Part shown: in pieces, positions 30,535 to 37,923 of the stretch | Layout of the letters: every line of letters starts with the position of its first letter | Numbering within the stretch: the stretch's first letter is position 1 | Assembly (NCBI GenBank): GCA_965224325.1 | Contig: CBDCYT010000006.1 | Span: 45,286-109,285, forward strand | Source: Dehalococcoidia bacterium | Lineage (GTDB): Bacteria; Chloroflexota; Dehalococcoidia; Lucifugimonadales; UBA3495 | Reading direction: 5' to 3' | Length of the DNA stretch: 64,000 bases | The notes under the pieces: model-generated | What the model was told of the DNA's origin: nothing | The model's database searches: none | The model's input: the letters and a program-made list of their open reading frames with translations, nothing else | Position numbers and translations under genes: made by a program

Positions 30535-30882
30535 GTGACCACCAGGGAGTGCATCTTTTGCAGCATGGCCCGAGACTCGCTCCACGAGTCCCCCATCTAT
30601 CGAGACGATCAAGTTTTCGTGGTCCGGGACATCGATCCCAAGGCCCCGGTCCACCTGTTGATAGTCCCCAATGCCCATCTTGCCTCGTTGGCTTACGTGG
30701 GTCCGGGCCAGGAGCCCATTATGGGGCACATGTTCGTCGTGGCCGAAGAGATGGCGCGGCGTGAGGGGGTCACCCTGAGCGGCTACCGGCTCTCCCTAAA
30801 CCAGGGTGAGGACTCGGGGCAGGAAATTGAACATCTGCATCTACACCTCCTCGGCGGTCGCCAGCTAGGGGCAATGGGCTAG
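30535..30882 (+). CDS. HIT-family (histidine triad) protein
   Basis: 115 aa; HLHLHLLGG triad. Confidence 0.9.
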   Translation: MTTRECIFCSMARDSLHESPIYRDDQVFVVRDIDPKAPVHLLIVPNAHLASLAYVGPGQEPIMGHMFVVAEEMARREGVTLSGYRLSLNQGEDSGQEIEHLHLHLLGGRQLGAMG

Positions 30883-30885
30883 CGG

Positions 30886-31503
30886 GTGGAGGACTTGCGC
30901 AGCCGAATTGAACGGCGGGTCAGCGCCTTGCCCAGCGGCTTGAAGAAGCATATACAGCGGGTTGACACCATAGCCCGGGAGTTGGCGCCCCGTTTCGGAG
31001 TGGCTGAAGACCGGGCCTCCCTAGCCATGATAGCCCACGACGTAGCCCGGGCCATGGGCGACCAGGAGTTGCTGTGGAGAGCCGCGCAGTTGGGCCTTTC
31101 AGTGGGGGACGTGGAGCGGGCTAACCCGTTGCTATTACATGGACCGGTGGGAGCCGAGTTGTTGGGCCGAGAGGACGGCCTGGCCGATCCCTCGATTCAC
31201 CAGGCGGTTTATTGGCACACCACCGCCCACCCCTCTTTGGACACCCTGGGCAAGGTCGTATTTCTGGCCGACAAGCTGGACCCCTTGAAGGCCGCCGCCT
31301 ATCCCTATCAGGCCCGGCTGTACGAGCTGGCCGAGGTAGACTTGGACCGTGCCATACTGGAGTTTTTGACCCGTCAAACCGCCGCTTTAATTTCCCGCGG
31401 CCTCATGGTCCATCCGGCGGCAATCGAGACGCGGAACCGCCTCTTGGCCGGGTTGGGCCCGGCCGAACTCTCAGTGGCGAGTGTTCCGATGGCCCATAAT
31501 TGA
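30886..31503 (+). CDS. yqeK: HD-domain bis(5'-nucleosyl)-tetraphosphatase, YqeK-like
   Basis: 205 aa; HD motif (IAHDVAR), HGPVGAELL, FLADKLDP. Confidence 0.75.
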   Translation: MEDLRSRIERRVSALPSGLKKHIQRVDTIARELAPRFGVAEDRASLAMIAHDVARAMGDQELLWRAAQLGLSVGDVERANPLLLHGPVGAELLGREDGLADPSIHQAVYWHTTAHPSLDTLGKVVFLADKLDPLKAAAYPYQARLYELAEVDLDRAILEFLTRQTAALISRGLMVHPAAIETRNRLLAGLGPAELSVASVPMAHN

Positions 31504-31622
31504 TGTAGAATAGGGTATCAGGCTCCCTCTCGTGATCGCCACAGCGGGGTTTAAGCCAGAGTTAAAACCAGTCCTGTCAGGCGTTCACCGCACCCATCCT
31601 AGAGGGCAACTGGGGTGATTCA

Positions 31623-31943
31623 ATGCACGTGACACTTAGCGAGAAAGCAAAAGCCCACATTCGGGAGAAAGGCGGCGTTGCCGCCGTTGACCTGGTCTCT
31701 CTAGCCACTTGATCCGGGTCTAATGCTCGGGTATCGGTCGATACCCGCGTTAGCCGACGGAACCTCACGGCGTACCGGGCCGTCAAACTTGAGGATATTC
31801 AGCTAATGGTAATGCCGGGCTTGGTCCGGCGTACCGAGAATATGTATATCGACCTCAAGGAGTCCCTGTTTTCTCGCAACCTCGACGCTACGCTGGTGTT
31901 TGCCGGGGGTATCGTCCTGGGACGCCGGGTCCCTTTGTCCTAA
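31623..31943 (+). CDS. candidate selenoprotein (small IscA/HesB-like or CC/Se-motif-like protein), in-frame TGA at 31710-31712
   Basis: ATG 31623 (GGGGTGA upstream), then 29 codons, TGA, 76 more sense codons and TAA 31941. Read-through product: MHVTLSEKAKAHIREKGGVAAVDLVSLAT-U-SGSNARVSVDTRVSRRNLTAYRAVKLEDIQLMVMPGLVRRTENMYIDLKESLFSRNLDATLVFAGGIVLGRRVPLS. A SECIS-like hairpin starts 8 nt after the TGA. Confidence 0.6.
31720..31753 (+). promoter_or_regulatory. bacterial SECIS-like stem-loop
   Basis: Lower stem CTAATGC/GCGTTAG (one G-U pair), 5' bulge TC, upper stem GGGTATC/GATACCC, apical loop GGTC. Confidence 0.55.
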
Positions 31944-32270
31944 TCAAGGCTGTCCGGACGCGGCGCTCCCGACCTCGCGTGTCTCGCTGACTTAACCGGA
32001 CTTGGGGCTCCTGTCCTAATGGAGACCAATCCGGTGGCGCGTTCCGGACCCTTCGTGTCTCGCAGGCTTAATCAAACCCGAAGCGCTTGCCTCAGTCAAA
32101 GTTGTCCCTGCGCCTCGCTCCGGACCCTGCGGGTTCAACTGACTTAACGGGACCTGGAGCGCCTGTCTCAATCAAGGCTGTCCCGATGCGGCGCTCCGGA
32201 CCCTGCCTGTTAAGGTCACTTGACCTGACCCGGAGCACCTGTCTTAACGGAGACGCCGCGGGCTTACGGC
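31932..32270. repeat. ~4.4 degenerate tandem copies of a 72-80-nt unit
   Basis: Units start near 31932, 32010, 32090, 32162 and 32239; shared blocks CCTGTCYTAATCAAGGCTGTCC, GCGCTCCGGACCCTG, GACTTAAC. Confidence 0.6.
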
Positions 32271-32327
32271 TTGGTGACGGCGCGGGGCCCTACCGCCGTT
32301 CACAATGCCGCGCCTACACCGCCCCGA

Positions 32328-32774
32328 TTAAAATCCGCTGATAAGTTCCAGGATGGCGCCATCCGGGTCTTTAAAGCAGACCACCCCTATTTCGTTTCCG
32401 TCAGCCCCATTGAGCTTGTGCAGCGGCGCGACGAACTCCACATTTTTTTCCTTCAACTGTTGGTAGGCCTTGTCAATGTCCTCGACGGTGAAAGCGATGC
32501 GGCAGATACCGATGTTGTTGAGCGTGGGATAAGGCTCACCCTGCGTGGGAGGATCAATAAACTGCACCAGGTCCAGCACCGGCGAGTTGGGATCATCGCC
32601 CAGACGCATGAAAACCCCTCGCAGCTTGTTCGCTTTCACTCCCAGGGCGTCACCCGCTGCGGGATCTTCCATTATAAAATCGTTGACCGTCTTGAAACCC
32701 AGGTCTTGGTAAAAGGCGACAGATCGATCCATGTCTTTGACACAGATGTTTACATGAAATAACTTCTCTAACAC
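32328..32774 (-). CDS. VOC-family (glyoxalase/bleomycin-resistance/dioxygenase fold) protein
   Basis: 148 aa; HVNICVKDMDRSVAFY and ICRIAFTVEDID beta-alpha-beta-beta-beta modules. Confidence 0.85.
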   Translation of the reverse strand: MLEKLFHVNICVKDMDRSVAFYQDLGFKTVNDFIMEDPAAGDALGVKANKLRGVFMRLGDDPNSPVLDLVQFIDPPTQGEPYPTLNNIGICRIAFTVEDIDKAYQQLKEKNVEFVAPLHKLNGADGNEIGVVCFKDPDGAILELISGF

Positions 32775-32942
32775 GGCTATTCCTCCTTATTTGTGCTCTC
32801 TTATTTATTTATTTTGTGCCGTTTCTATCGCCACGCCTCGGCGGGTAGCTCACGAGACACCAACGTTAAGACTATCAGCGCCTCATCTCCAATTACAACC
32901 CCGTTCGCTATCAGAGGTCCTTTCGGGTGAACCCGGCCGCTT

Positions 32943-33731
32943 TTACTTGGCCCGGTATTGAGGTTGCCGCTTGTCCACGAAAGCCTGGCTGGACTCCTTG
33001 AAGTCTTCAGTGAGGTGGAGCTTCAACGACTGGATGAACATGTCCGCACCCGCCGTTGGCTGGACCCATTGGCGGCGGGCCAGGTGCACCCCGGCGCGGG
33101 AGGCCAGAGGAGGCGCTTTGAGCACCTTCTCAGCCAACTCTTGGGCCACCTCCAAGTGCTGGCCGGTAGGCGCCAAACGGTTGATGAGTCCAAGGCGGTA
33201 GAGCTCAGGGGCGGCCACGGGCTCACCGGTGATGACCAACTCGCTTAAGATCTTGGAAGGCATGAAGGCGTTAAGCTTGGCCCAGACTCGACCTCCGGGC
33301 AGTCCCCGCCGGGTTTCGGCAATACCGAACTGGGTCTCTTCCGAGGCCACGATCAGATCGCATTCAGCGGCGATAGCCATGCCGTAGCCCAGGGCGTAAC
33401 CGTGGACCGCGGCAATCACGGGTTTCCAATGGATGGAGCGGCCCAGAAAGCCTTCCGGGTTATAGCCTCCTTCCCGCGCCGCCCGCTGCTGGGGCGTCAT
33501 GTTGACGAAGCGCTGCTTGACGTCTGCGCCGGCGCAAAAACTGCGGCCTGCCCCATGGATAATGGCTATCCAAGCATCTTCGTCGACGTCGAACTCCAGC
33601 AAGGCGGCATGAAGATCGCGCTCGAACTGGTCATTGACCGCGTTGAGCGCCTGAGGACGGTTGAAGGTAATGTAACCGGTTTTTGCCGTCCTGCTGTAGA
33701 CCATGGTCTCGTATTCAGCCATGTGGAACAC
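32943..33731 (-). CDS. enoyl-CoA hydratase/isomerase family protein
   Basis: 262 aa; GAGRSFCAGADV, HGYALGYGMAIAAECD. Confidence 0.9.
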   Translation of the reverse strand: MFHMAEYETMVYSRTAKTGYITFNRPQALNAVNDQFERDLHAALLEFDVDEDAWIAIIHGAGRSFCAGADVKQRFVNMTPQQRAAREGGYNPEGFLGRSIHWKPVIAAVHGYALGYGMAIAAECDLIVASEETQFGIAETRRGLPGGRVWAKLNAFMPSKILSELVITGEPVAAPELYRLGLINRLAPTGQHLEVAQELAEKVLKAPPLASRAGVHLARRQWVQPTAGADMFIQSLKLHLTEDFKESSQAFVDKRQPQYRAK

Positions 33732-33850
33732 CTCCGGGCTTGGGTTTCATTGGTCCTTGGCCCGACTACTGGGGAGTCCGGATGGGCCTCGGATCACCAT
33801 TCTACCAGCAAGCTGTCGTCGGCGGCTCCTGGGCCGCCGGATTTGCCTGG

Positions 33851-34039
33851 GCCATTTAGTTATCGCGACGACTCCTGTTTTCCCATGCACTTTGGGCTTG
33901 TCCAATGGCAGTGCAACATCAAGAACGCATGGATTCCCGCTTTCGCTGGAATGACGGGTGAGCCGCGGGAAAGGCGGGTGAGCGGTGGGCATGACGGGTG
34001 AGCGGCGGGTATGACCGGCGGCACACAATTAACACACCC
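33851..34039 (+). repeat. type III mosaic element, copy a
   Basis: Shares GCCMTTTAGTTATYGCGACGACTCCTGTTTTCCCATGCACTTTGGGYTTGTCCAATGGCAGTSCAACATCAAGAACGYATGGATTCCCGCTTTCGC... and ...GGCGGCACACAATTAAMACACCC with 34977-35385. Confidence 0.75.
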
Positions 34040-34343
34040 CGGGGTGATAGGCGGCCCAGGGGAGGAGGGCGCGAAGGAGGCGCTCCGGGCTGGGTTCCTG
34101 ACGGATAGAGGCGCAGCGTTCAAGGTAGCGGGCGGCAACGGAGAAGGTCGGGAGAAGGAAACCCGCGGCGGCGACCCGGCGAACGAAGGCCTGGGGAGAA
34201 GGTGTGGGCCGCTTATCCGCCTGGGCGCGAGCCCATGGGGTGCAGAGGTCGCCGGCCGCGCGTTGGACCATGAGCTGGGCGTAGGGCAGAGCCAATCTCC
34301 GGCGAAGGGAGCGGATGCGGGCCCGCAAAGAGCTAATGTTCAT
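34029..34343 (-). CDS. hypothetical 104-aa protein (cargo of the composite insertion)
   Basis: ATG 34343 with GAGGAGA 7 nt upstream; protein-like, GC3-rich sequence MNISSLRARIRSLRRRLALPYAQLMVQRAAGDL...; stop codon lies inside the end of type III copy a. Confidence 0.5.
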   Translation of the reverse strand: MNISSLRARIRSLRRRLALPYAQLMVQRAAGDLCTPWARAQADKRPTPSPQAFVRRVAAAGFLLPTFSVAARYLERCASIRQEPSPERLLRALLPWAAYHPGVC

Positions 34344-34410
34344 ACAGATTTCTCCTCGTGATTCGAGAGCCTCACCACGAACGGGGAAGGGCGCCCCGCG
34401 TGAGCGATGT

Positions 34411-34861
34411 TCATACGGATTTCTCCCGGGCGGTCCAAAGGGGCAGGGCGGCCTCCAGGGTCTGGACCTGGTCATGCAGGTCTTGGATTTCGGGATTTCG
34501 GGATTTCGCCAAATTTGGCGGAGTAATTGAGGACGGCGCGAATGGCGCGGAGGCGGATTTCCGGGTCTTGATTCTCCGGGTCTTGATTCTCGGGTTTTGA
34601 TTCTCGGGGAGGTTGCCGGGGTGAATGACAGCTTGAAAGGTGAGGCTTTGGAGGCAGCCTTTGGCGAGGTCGGCGGACTGGCGCTGCAGTTGGGCAAGTT
34701 GGTCGCGGAATTCGGGGTCCTGGAGTCAACGGTGCAAAGTGCGGCGGCCCACTCTGGAGAAGCGGGAGGCCTGGGCAATGGGCGGCGACGAGAATGGGGA
34801 GCGCCGATTGCTGGCGTGGAGAGAGGCCGGAGTTTTTTATTTCAGGGCCGTTGTGAGCCAT
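34411..34861 (-). pseudogene. decayed HTH-type (phage/plasmid-style) regulator gene
   Basis: The protein-like reading alternates between two frames. Segments are MAHNGPEIKNSGLSPRQQSALPILVAA | PIAQASRFSRVGRRTLHR-TGA-LQDPEFRDQLAQLQRQSADLAKGCLQSLTFQAVIHPGNLPENQ | PEIRLRAIRAVLNYSAKFGEI | QDLHDQVQTLEAALPLWTAREKSV. Two of the three frame switches coincide with tandem duplications. Confidence 0.5.
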
Positions 34862-34894
34862 TGCCTCAGTGGCCGTTTGATAGATTTGGCAGGG

Positions 34895-34916
34895 TGCTAA
34901 TAGCTGCCTATTAGCA
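34895..34916. promoter_or_regulatory. AT-rich perfect palindrome TGCTAATAG-ctgc-CTATTAGCA (operator-like)
   Basis: 9-bp inverted repeat about 35 nt upstream of the pseudogene ATG; compositionally unlike the GC-rich surroundings. Confidence 0.3.
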
Positions 34917-34976
34917 GCGTAGGGAGTGGTCGCCGGAGGGGTCAAGGGCGAAGTGTCGGGAGTTTAGGACGAGGGG

Positions 34977-35385
34977 GCCCTTTAGTTATTGCGACGACTC
35001 CTGTTTTCCCATGCACTTTGGGTTTGTCCAATGGCAGTCCAACATCAAGAACGTATGGATTCCCGCTTTCGCGGGAAAGACGGGGGAGCGGCGGGATGGA
35101 TTCCCGCTCCCCGGTCGGGGCCGGGGACAAGCTTCACGGGAATGACGGGTGAGCGGCGGTATGGATCCCCGCTCCCCGATCGGGGCCGGGGACAAGCTTC
35201 GCGGGAAAGACGGGTGAGCGGCGGGATGGATTCCCGCTCCCTGATCGGGGCCGGGGACAAGCTTCGCGGGAAAGACGGGTGAGCGGCGGGATGGATTTTC
35301 GCTCTCTAATCGGGGCCGGGGACAAGCTTCGCGGGAAAGACGGGTGAGCGGCGGGTATGACGGGCGGCACACAATTAAAACACCC
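34977..35385 (+). repeat. type III mosaic element, copy b
   Basis: Same arms as 33851-34039 but with an expanded hairpin-module array. Confidence 0.75.
35098..35357 (+). repeat. 4 tandem copies (~64-nt period) of the long hairpin module plus linker
   Basis: GGATTCCCGCTCCCCGATCGGGGCCGGGGACAAGCTTCGCGGGAAAGACGGGTGAGCGGCGGGAT repeated with starts near 35098, 35163, 35227 and 35293. Confidence 0.85.
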
Positions 35386-35453
35386 TGCCGTATTTACCTG
35401 GCGCGCGGCGCGGGGCAAAGCGGATTTGGTTGCCAAACCGCCGTCAAAAGGTA

Positions 35454-35483
35454 TTGACGGTACAAGAACAGGCGTTCTATAAT
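35454..35483 (+). promoter_or_regulatory. near-consensus sigma70-type promoter (TTGACG-18 nt-TATAAT)
   Basis: Read directly; about 35 nt upstream of the Cys-rich HTH ORF. Confidence 0.5.
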
Positions 35484-35520
35484 CGTCGCAATATTAGAAC
35501 GTATGTTTCGGAGGATGGCC

Positions 35521-35865
35521 ATGACTACGTCCCAACTAGCCAAGCCCCGGCCCGCTGATTCCACGGCGGACGCCATTCCGGAGTATTACCACTATGAAGA
35601 CACGGGGTGTGAAATATCTCCTTCCTGTCTCAACTGTCCCTTGCCCCAGTGCAAGTACGATGATCCCGGTTGGTTTCAGAGGAGCCGACGGATGGCCCGG
35701 GACTTGAAGGTTTGGTCGACGATCCAATCGGGAGGTCTAACGGTGGAGGAAGCGGCGGAACACTTTTCAGTGACGGTGCGGACGGTTTTCCGGATCATGC
35801 GCCGCTGCCGGGACGTGGCGGGGGAGACCGACGCCGCAGCATTAGCGGCCTTTGCCGCGGACTAA
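35521..35865 (+). CDS. small Cys-rich HTH protein
   Basis: ORF 35503..35865; ATG 35521 has GGAGG 6 nt upstream. N-terminal C-x5-C-x2-C-x4-C (CEISPSCLNCPLPQC), C-terminal HTH-like LTVEEAAEHFSVTVRTVFRIMRR. Confidence 0.6.
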   Translation: MTTSQLAKPRPADSTADAIPEYYHYEDTGCEISPSCLNCPLPQCKYDDPGWFQRSRRMARDLKVWSTIQSGGLTVEEAAEHFSVTVRTVFRIMRRCRDVAGETDAAALAAFAAD

Positions 35866-36017
35866 CGGTCTGGGTTTGACGGGACCATGGGAGAGGACTT
35901 CTCTCGCATAGGTCTACGGGCGCGGTCCCCGGACGCCACCTGAAGCACCCGCGTGCGGCCGACTGGTCCTGGCTAGTCCCTTGGGTCAGCCGGACGCCCC
36001 GGAATTTACGAACGTCC

Positions 36018-37193
36018 TTAGCCCCTGGGTAAGCCCAGCCCTCGACCGGCGATGATATTCCGCTGGACCTCCGATGTCCCCGCGGCGATCTTGTGAGAGA
36101 AGCTGACCATCCAATTTTCCTGGACTCGGCCATTGAGGGGGGCCCATTTTTCGTCCCGGCCCAGTGCGCCGTACATACCCAGGACGTCCAGTCCGGTCGA
36201 GGTGACCCTTTGCAGGGTCTCGCTGCCGAACACCTTGCTCATGGACGCTTCTTTGTTGGGCACCAGGCCCTCTCCCTGCATGTAGGCAACGTTGTAGGCC
36301 ATTAGGCGGGCTACTTCGCACTCGATGTACCGGTCCGCCAGCACGTTTCGCACCCATGGAGTCTCGATCAAGGGCGTACCGTTCCGTTTCGTCTCAACGG
36401 CGTGCATTCGGGTTTCATCCAGCAAGCGGCGGGCCATGGCCGAATAGTCGATGCCGGAGCGCTCAAAGTCCAACAGGGTCACAGCCACATACCATCCCCG
36501 ATTCTCTTCTCCCACGACGTTCTGGCGCGGCACCCGCACGTTATCGAAATTAATTTGATTGAACTCGTGCCCATTGGCCATATTAATGATGGGCCGGACT
36601 TCGATGCCGGGACTTTTCATGTCCACCAGCATGAAACTGATTCCCCGGTGTTTGGCCGCGTCGGGGTCAGTGCGGGTCAGCAACATTATCCAGTCGGCCC
36701 TATGGGCCAGGGTAGTCCAAATTTTACTGCCGTTCACAACGAAATCGTCGCCGTCCTTGACGGCGCGGGTGTTGAGGGACGCCAGGTCAGACCCCGACTC
36801 GGGCTCGCTGTAACCCTGGCACCATTGCACTTCTCCCCGGGCGACGGGTGTCAGGTGTGTCTGCTTTTGCTCTTCGGAGCCGTGGATCATCAGGGTGGGT
36901 CCCAACATGCGGACACCGAAAATGTCGCGTCCCGGGGCGCGCATGTAAGCCATTTCTTCATTGAAGATGGCCGAGCGGATCGGCGAAGCGTTCTGGCCGC
37001 CGTACTCTTGGGGCCAGTGCATGGTCAGCCATCCCCGGGCAGCCAGCTTCTTGCGCATCTCGCGGGTCAGCTCCCAATCGCCCTCTTCGGGCCAACGGCC
37101 TCCGCCCTCCCACTCGGCAGGAAGAGCCGAGGCTACGAACTCTCGCAGTTCATGGCGGAAGGTCTCGTCACCGGGGCTGAGCTTAAAGTCCAC
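36018..37193 (-). CDS. acyl-CoA dehydrogenase
   Basis: 391 aa; ACAD pattern (GYSEPESGSDLASL, IAAGTSEVQRNIIA). Confidence 0.9.
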   Translation of the reverse strand: MDFKLSPGDETFRHELREFVASALPAEWEGGGRWPEEGDWELTREMRKKLAARGWLTMHWPQEYGGQNASPIRSAIFNEEMAYMRAPGRDIFGVRMLGPTLMIHGSEEQKQTHLTPVARGEVQWCQGYSEPESGSDLASLNTRAVKDGDDFVVNGSKIWTTLAHRADWIMLLTRTDPDAAKHRGISFMLVDMKSPGIEVRPIINMANGHEFNQINFDNVRVPRQNVVGEENRGWYVAVTLLDFERSGIDYSAMARRLLDETRMHAVETKRNGTPLIETPWVRNVLADRYIECEVARLMAYNVAYMQGEGLVPNKEASMSKVFGSETLQRVTSTGLDVLGMYGALGRDEKWAPLNGRVQENWMVSFSHKIAAGTSEVQRNIIAGRGLGLPRG

Positions 37194-37260
37194 GGTCCTA
37201 CTCCTGATTGCGGACGGTTGAACGGTGTGCTGAAGGCTGTCTTGGGAGGTGGTGGTCTCG

Positions 37261-37497
37261 CTAAGACCCGACCGCCACGCAGGTCACGGTCCGGACTACT
37301 CCCGTAACCGTGTGTATGTGCCCGGTCACCAGGTTTCCTACCACGGTCATGTCGTCAGCGCTGATCAGCGCGATAATATCGTAGGGACCGGTGACCACGT
37401 CCACCGACTCGATGCCTTCCAGCCCCTGTAGTGTGCTGGCCACGTCCCGGGTCTTACCCACCGCTGTTTCCACCAAAAGGTATGCTCTAGTTGCCAT
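37261..37497 (-). CDS. stand-alone Lrp/AsnC ligand-binding (RAM) domain protein
   Basis: 78 aa from ATG 37497: MATRAYLLVETAVGKTRDVASTLQGLEGIESVDVVTGPYDIIALI... Confidence 0.8.
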   Translation of the reverse strand: MATRAYLLVETAVGKTRDVASTLQGLEGIESVDVVTGPYDIIALISADDMTVVGNLVTGHIHTVTGVVRTVTCVAVGS

Positions 37498-37923
37498 CCT
37501 GCCCCCTCGGCGCCGGCGCCGGGTTTGAAGCTCGGTTCCTGGTAAACGCAAATGCCAGTTGGGACGCTTCCGGGCGAACCGGACTACTGGTTGATATGCG
37601 CACGGCCCATTCTACGGCCCGGATTTTGGGCTGTCAATTCGGCCCATTCTCCGCGCGAACTTACCTGATGGCGTCACGATGCCCGGCCGCCGGAGCTAGG
37701 CCATAGGCCCATGCCTCCTGGAGGGCGGCTTGTCCGTCGCCTCCGTTAGCCGACCTCGTAAACACAAGGTCTGTCCTTCACAAGGATGGACAACTGCTCT
37801 ATTTACGCCGGGCAAATTATAACGGGCAAACTCGCGGCGGGCCGGAGTGAACTCGCCAACGCCCGATGAGCATGGACAACCGCTCTGTTTACACCGGGCA
37901 GGCTCACAGCGGTGAGCTTCCAG

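Larger units (their letters stand above)
33851..35391. mobile_element. 1.54-kb composite insertion bounded by two type III mosaic elements
   Basis: 9/10 direct repeat at the outer edges (ATTTGCCTGG 33841-33850; ATTTACCTGG 35392-35401); directly repeated arms at 33851-34039 and 34977-35385. Confidence 0.5.

Noticed and set aside
31577-31786. 69-aa minus-strand ORF
   Set aside because: It is antisense to the selenoprotein candidate, has no RBS and has an Arg/Thr-rich composition.
32087-32341. 84-aa plus-strand ORF
   Set aside because: It lies over the degenerate ~76-nt repeats, whose unit lengths are not multiples of three, and it runs into the convergent VOC gene.
34029-34778. 249-aa ORF
   Set aside because: It is a fusion of the plausible 104-aa ORF (ATG 34343 with strong RBS) with out-of-frame, Pro-rich read-through of the decayed HTH gene.
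34986-35436. ORFs of 128, 100, 97 and 71 aa over the type III copy b array
   Set aside because: Same artefact. Peptides such as SFPRSLSPAPIRERESIPPLTRLSREACPRPR repeat with the 64-nt DNA period on both strands.
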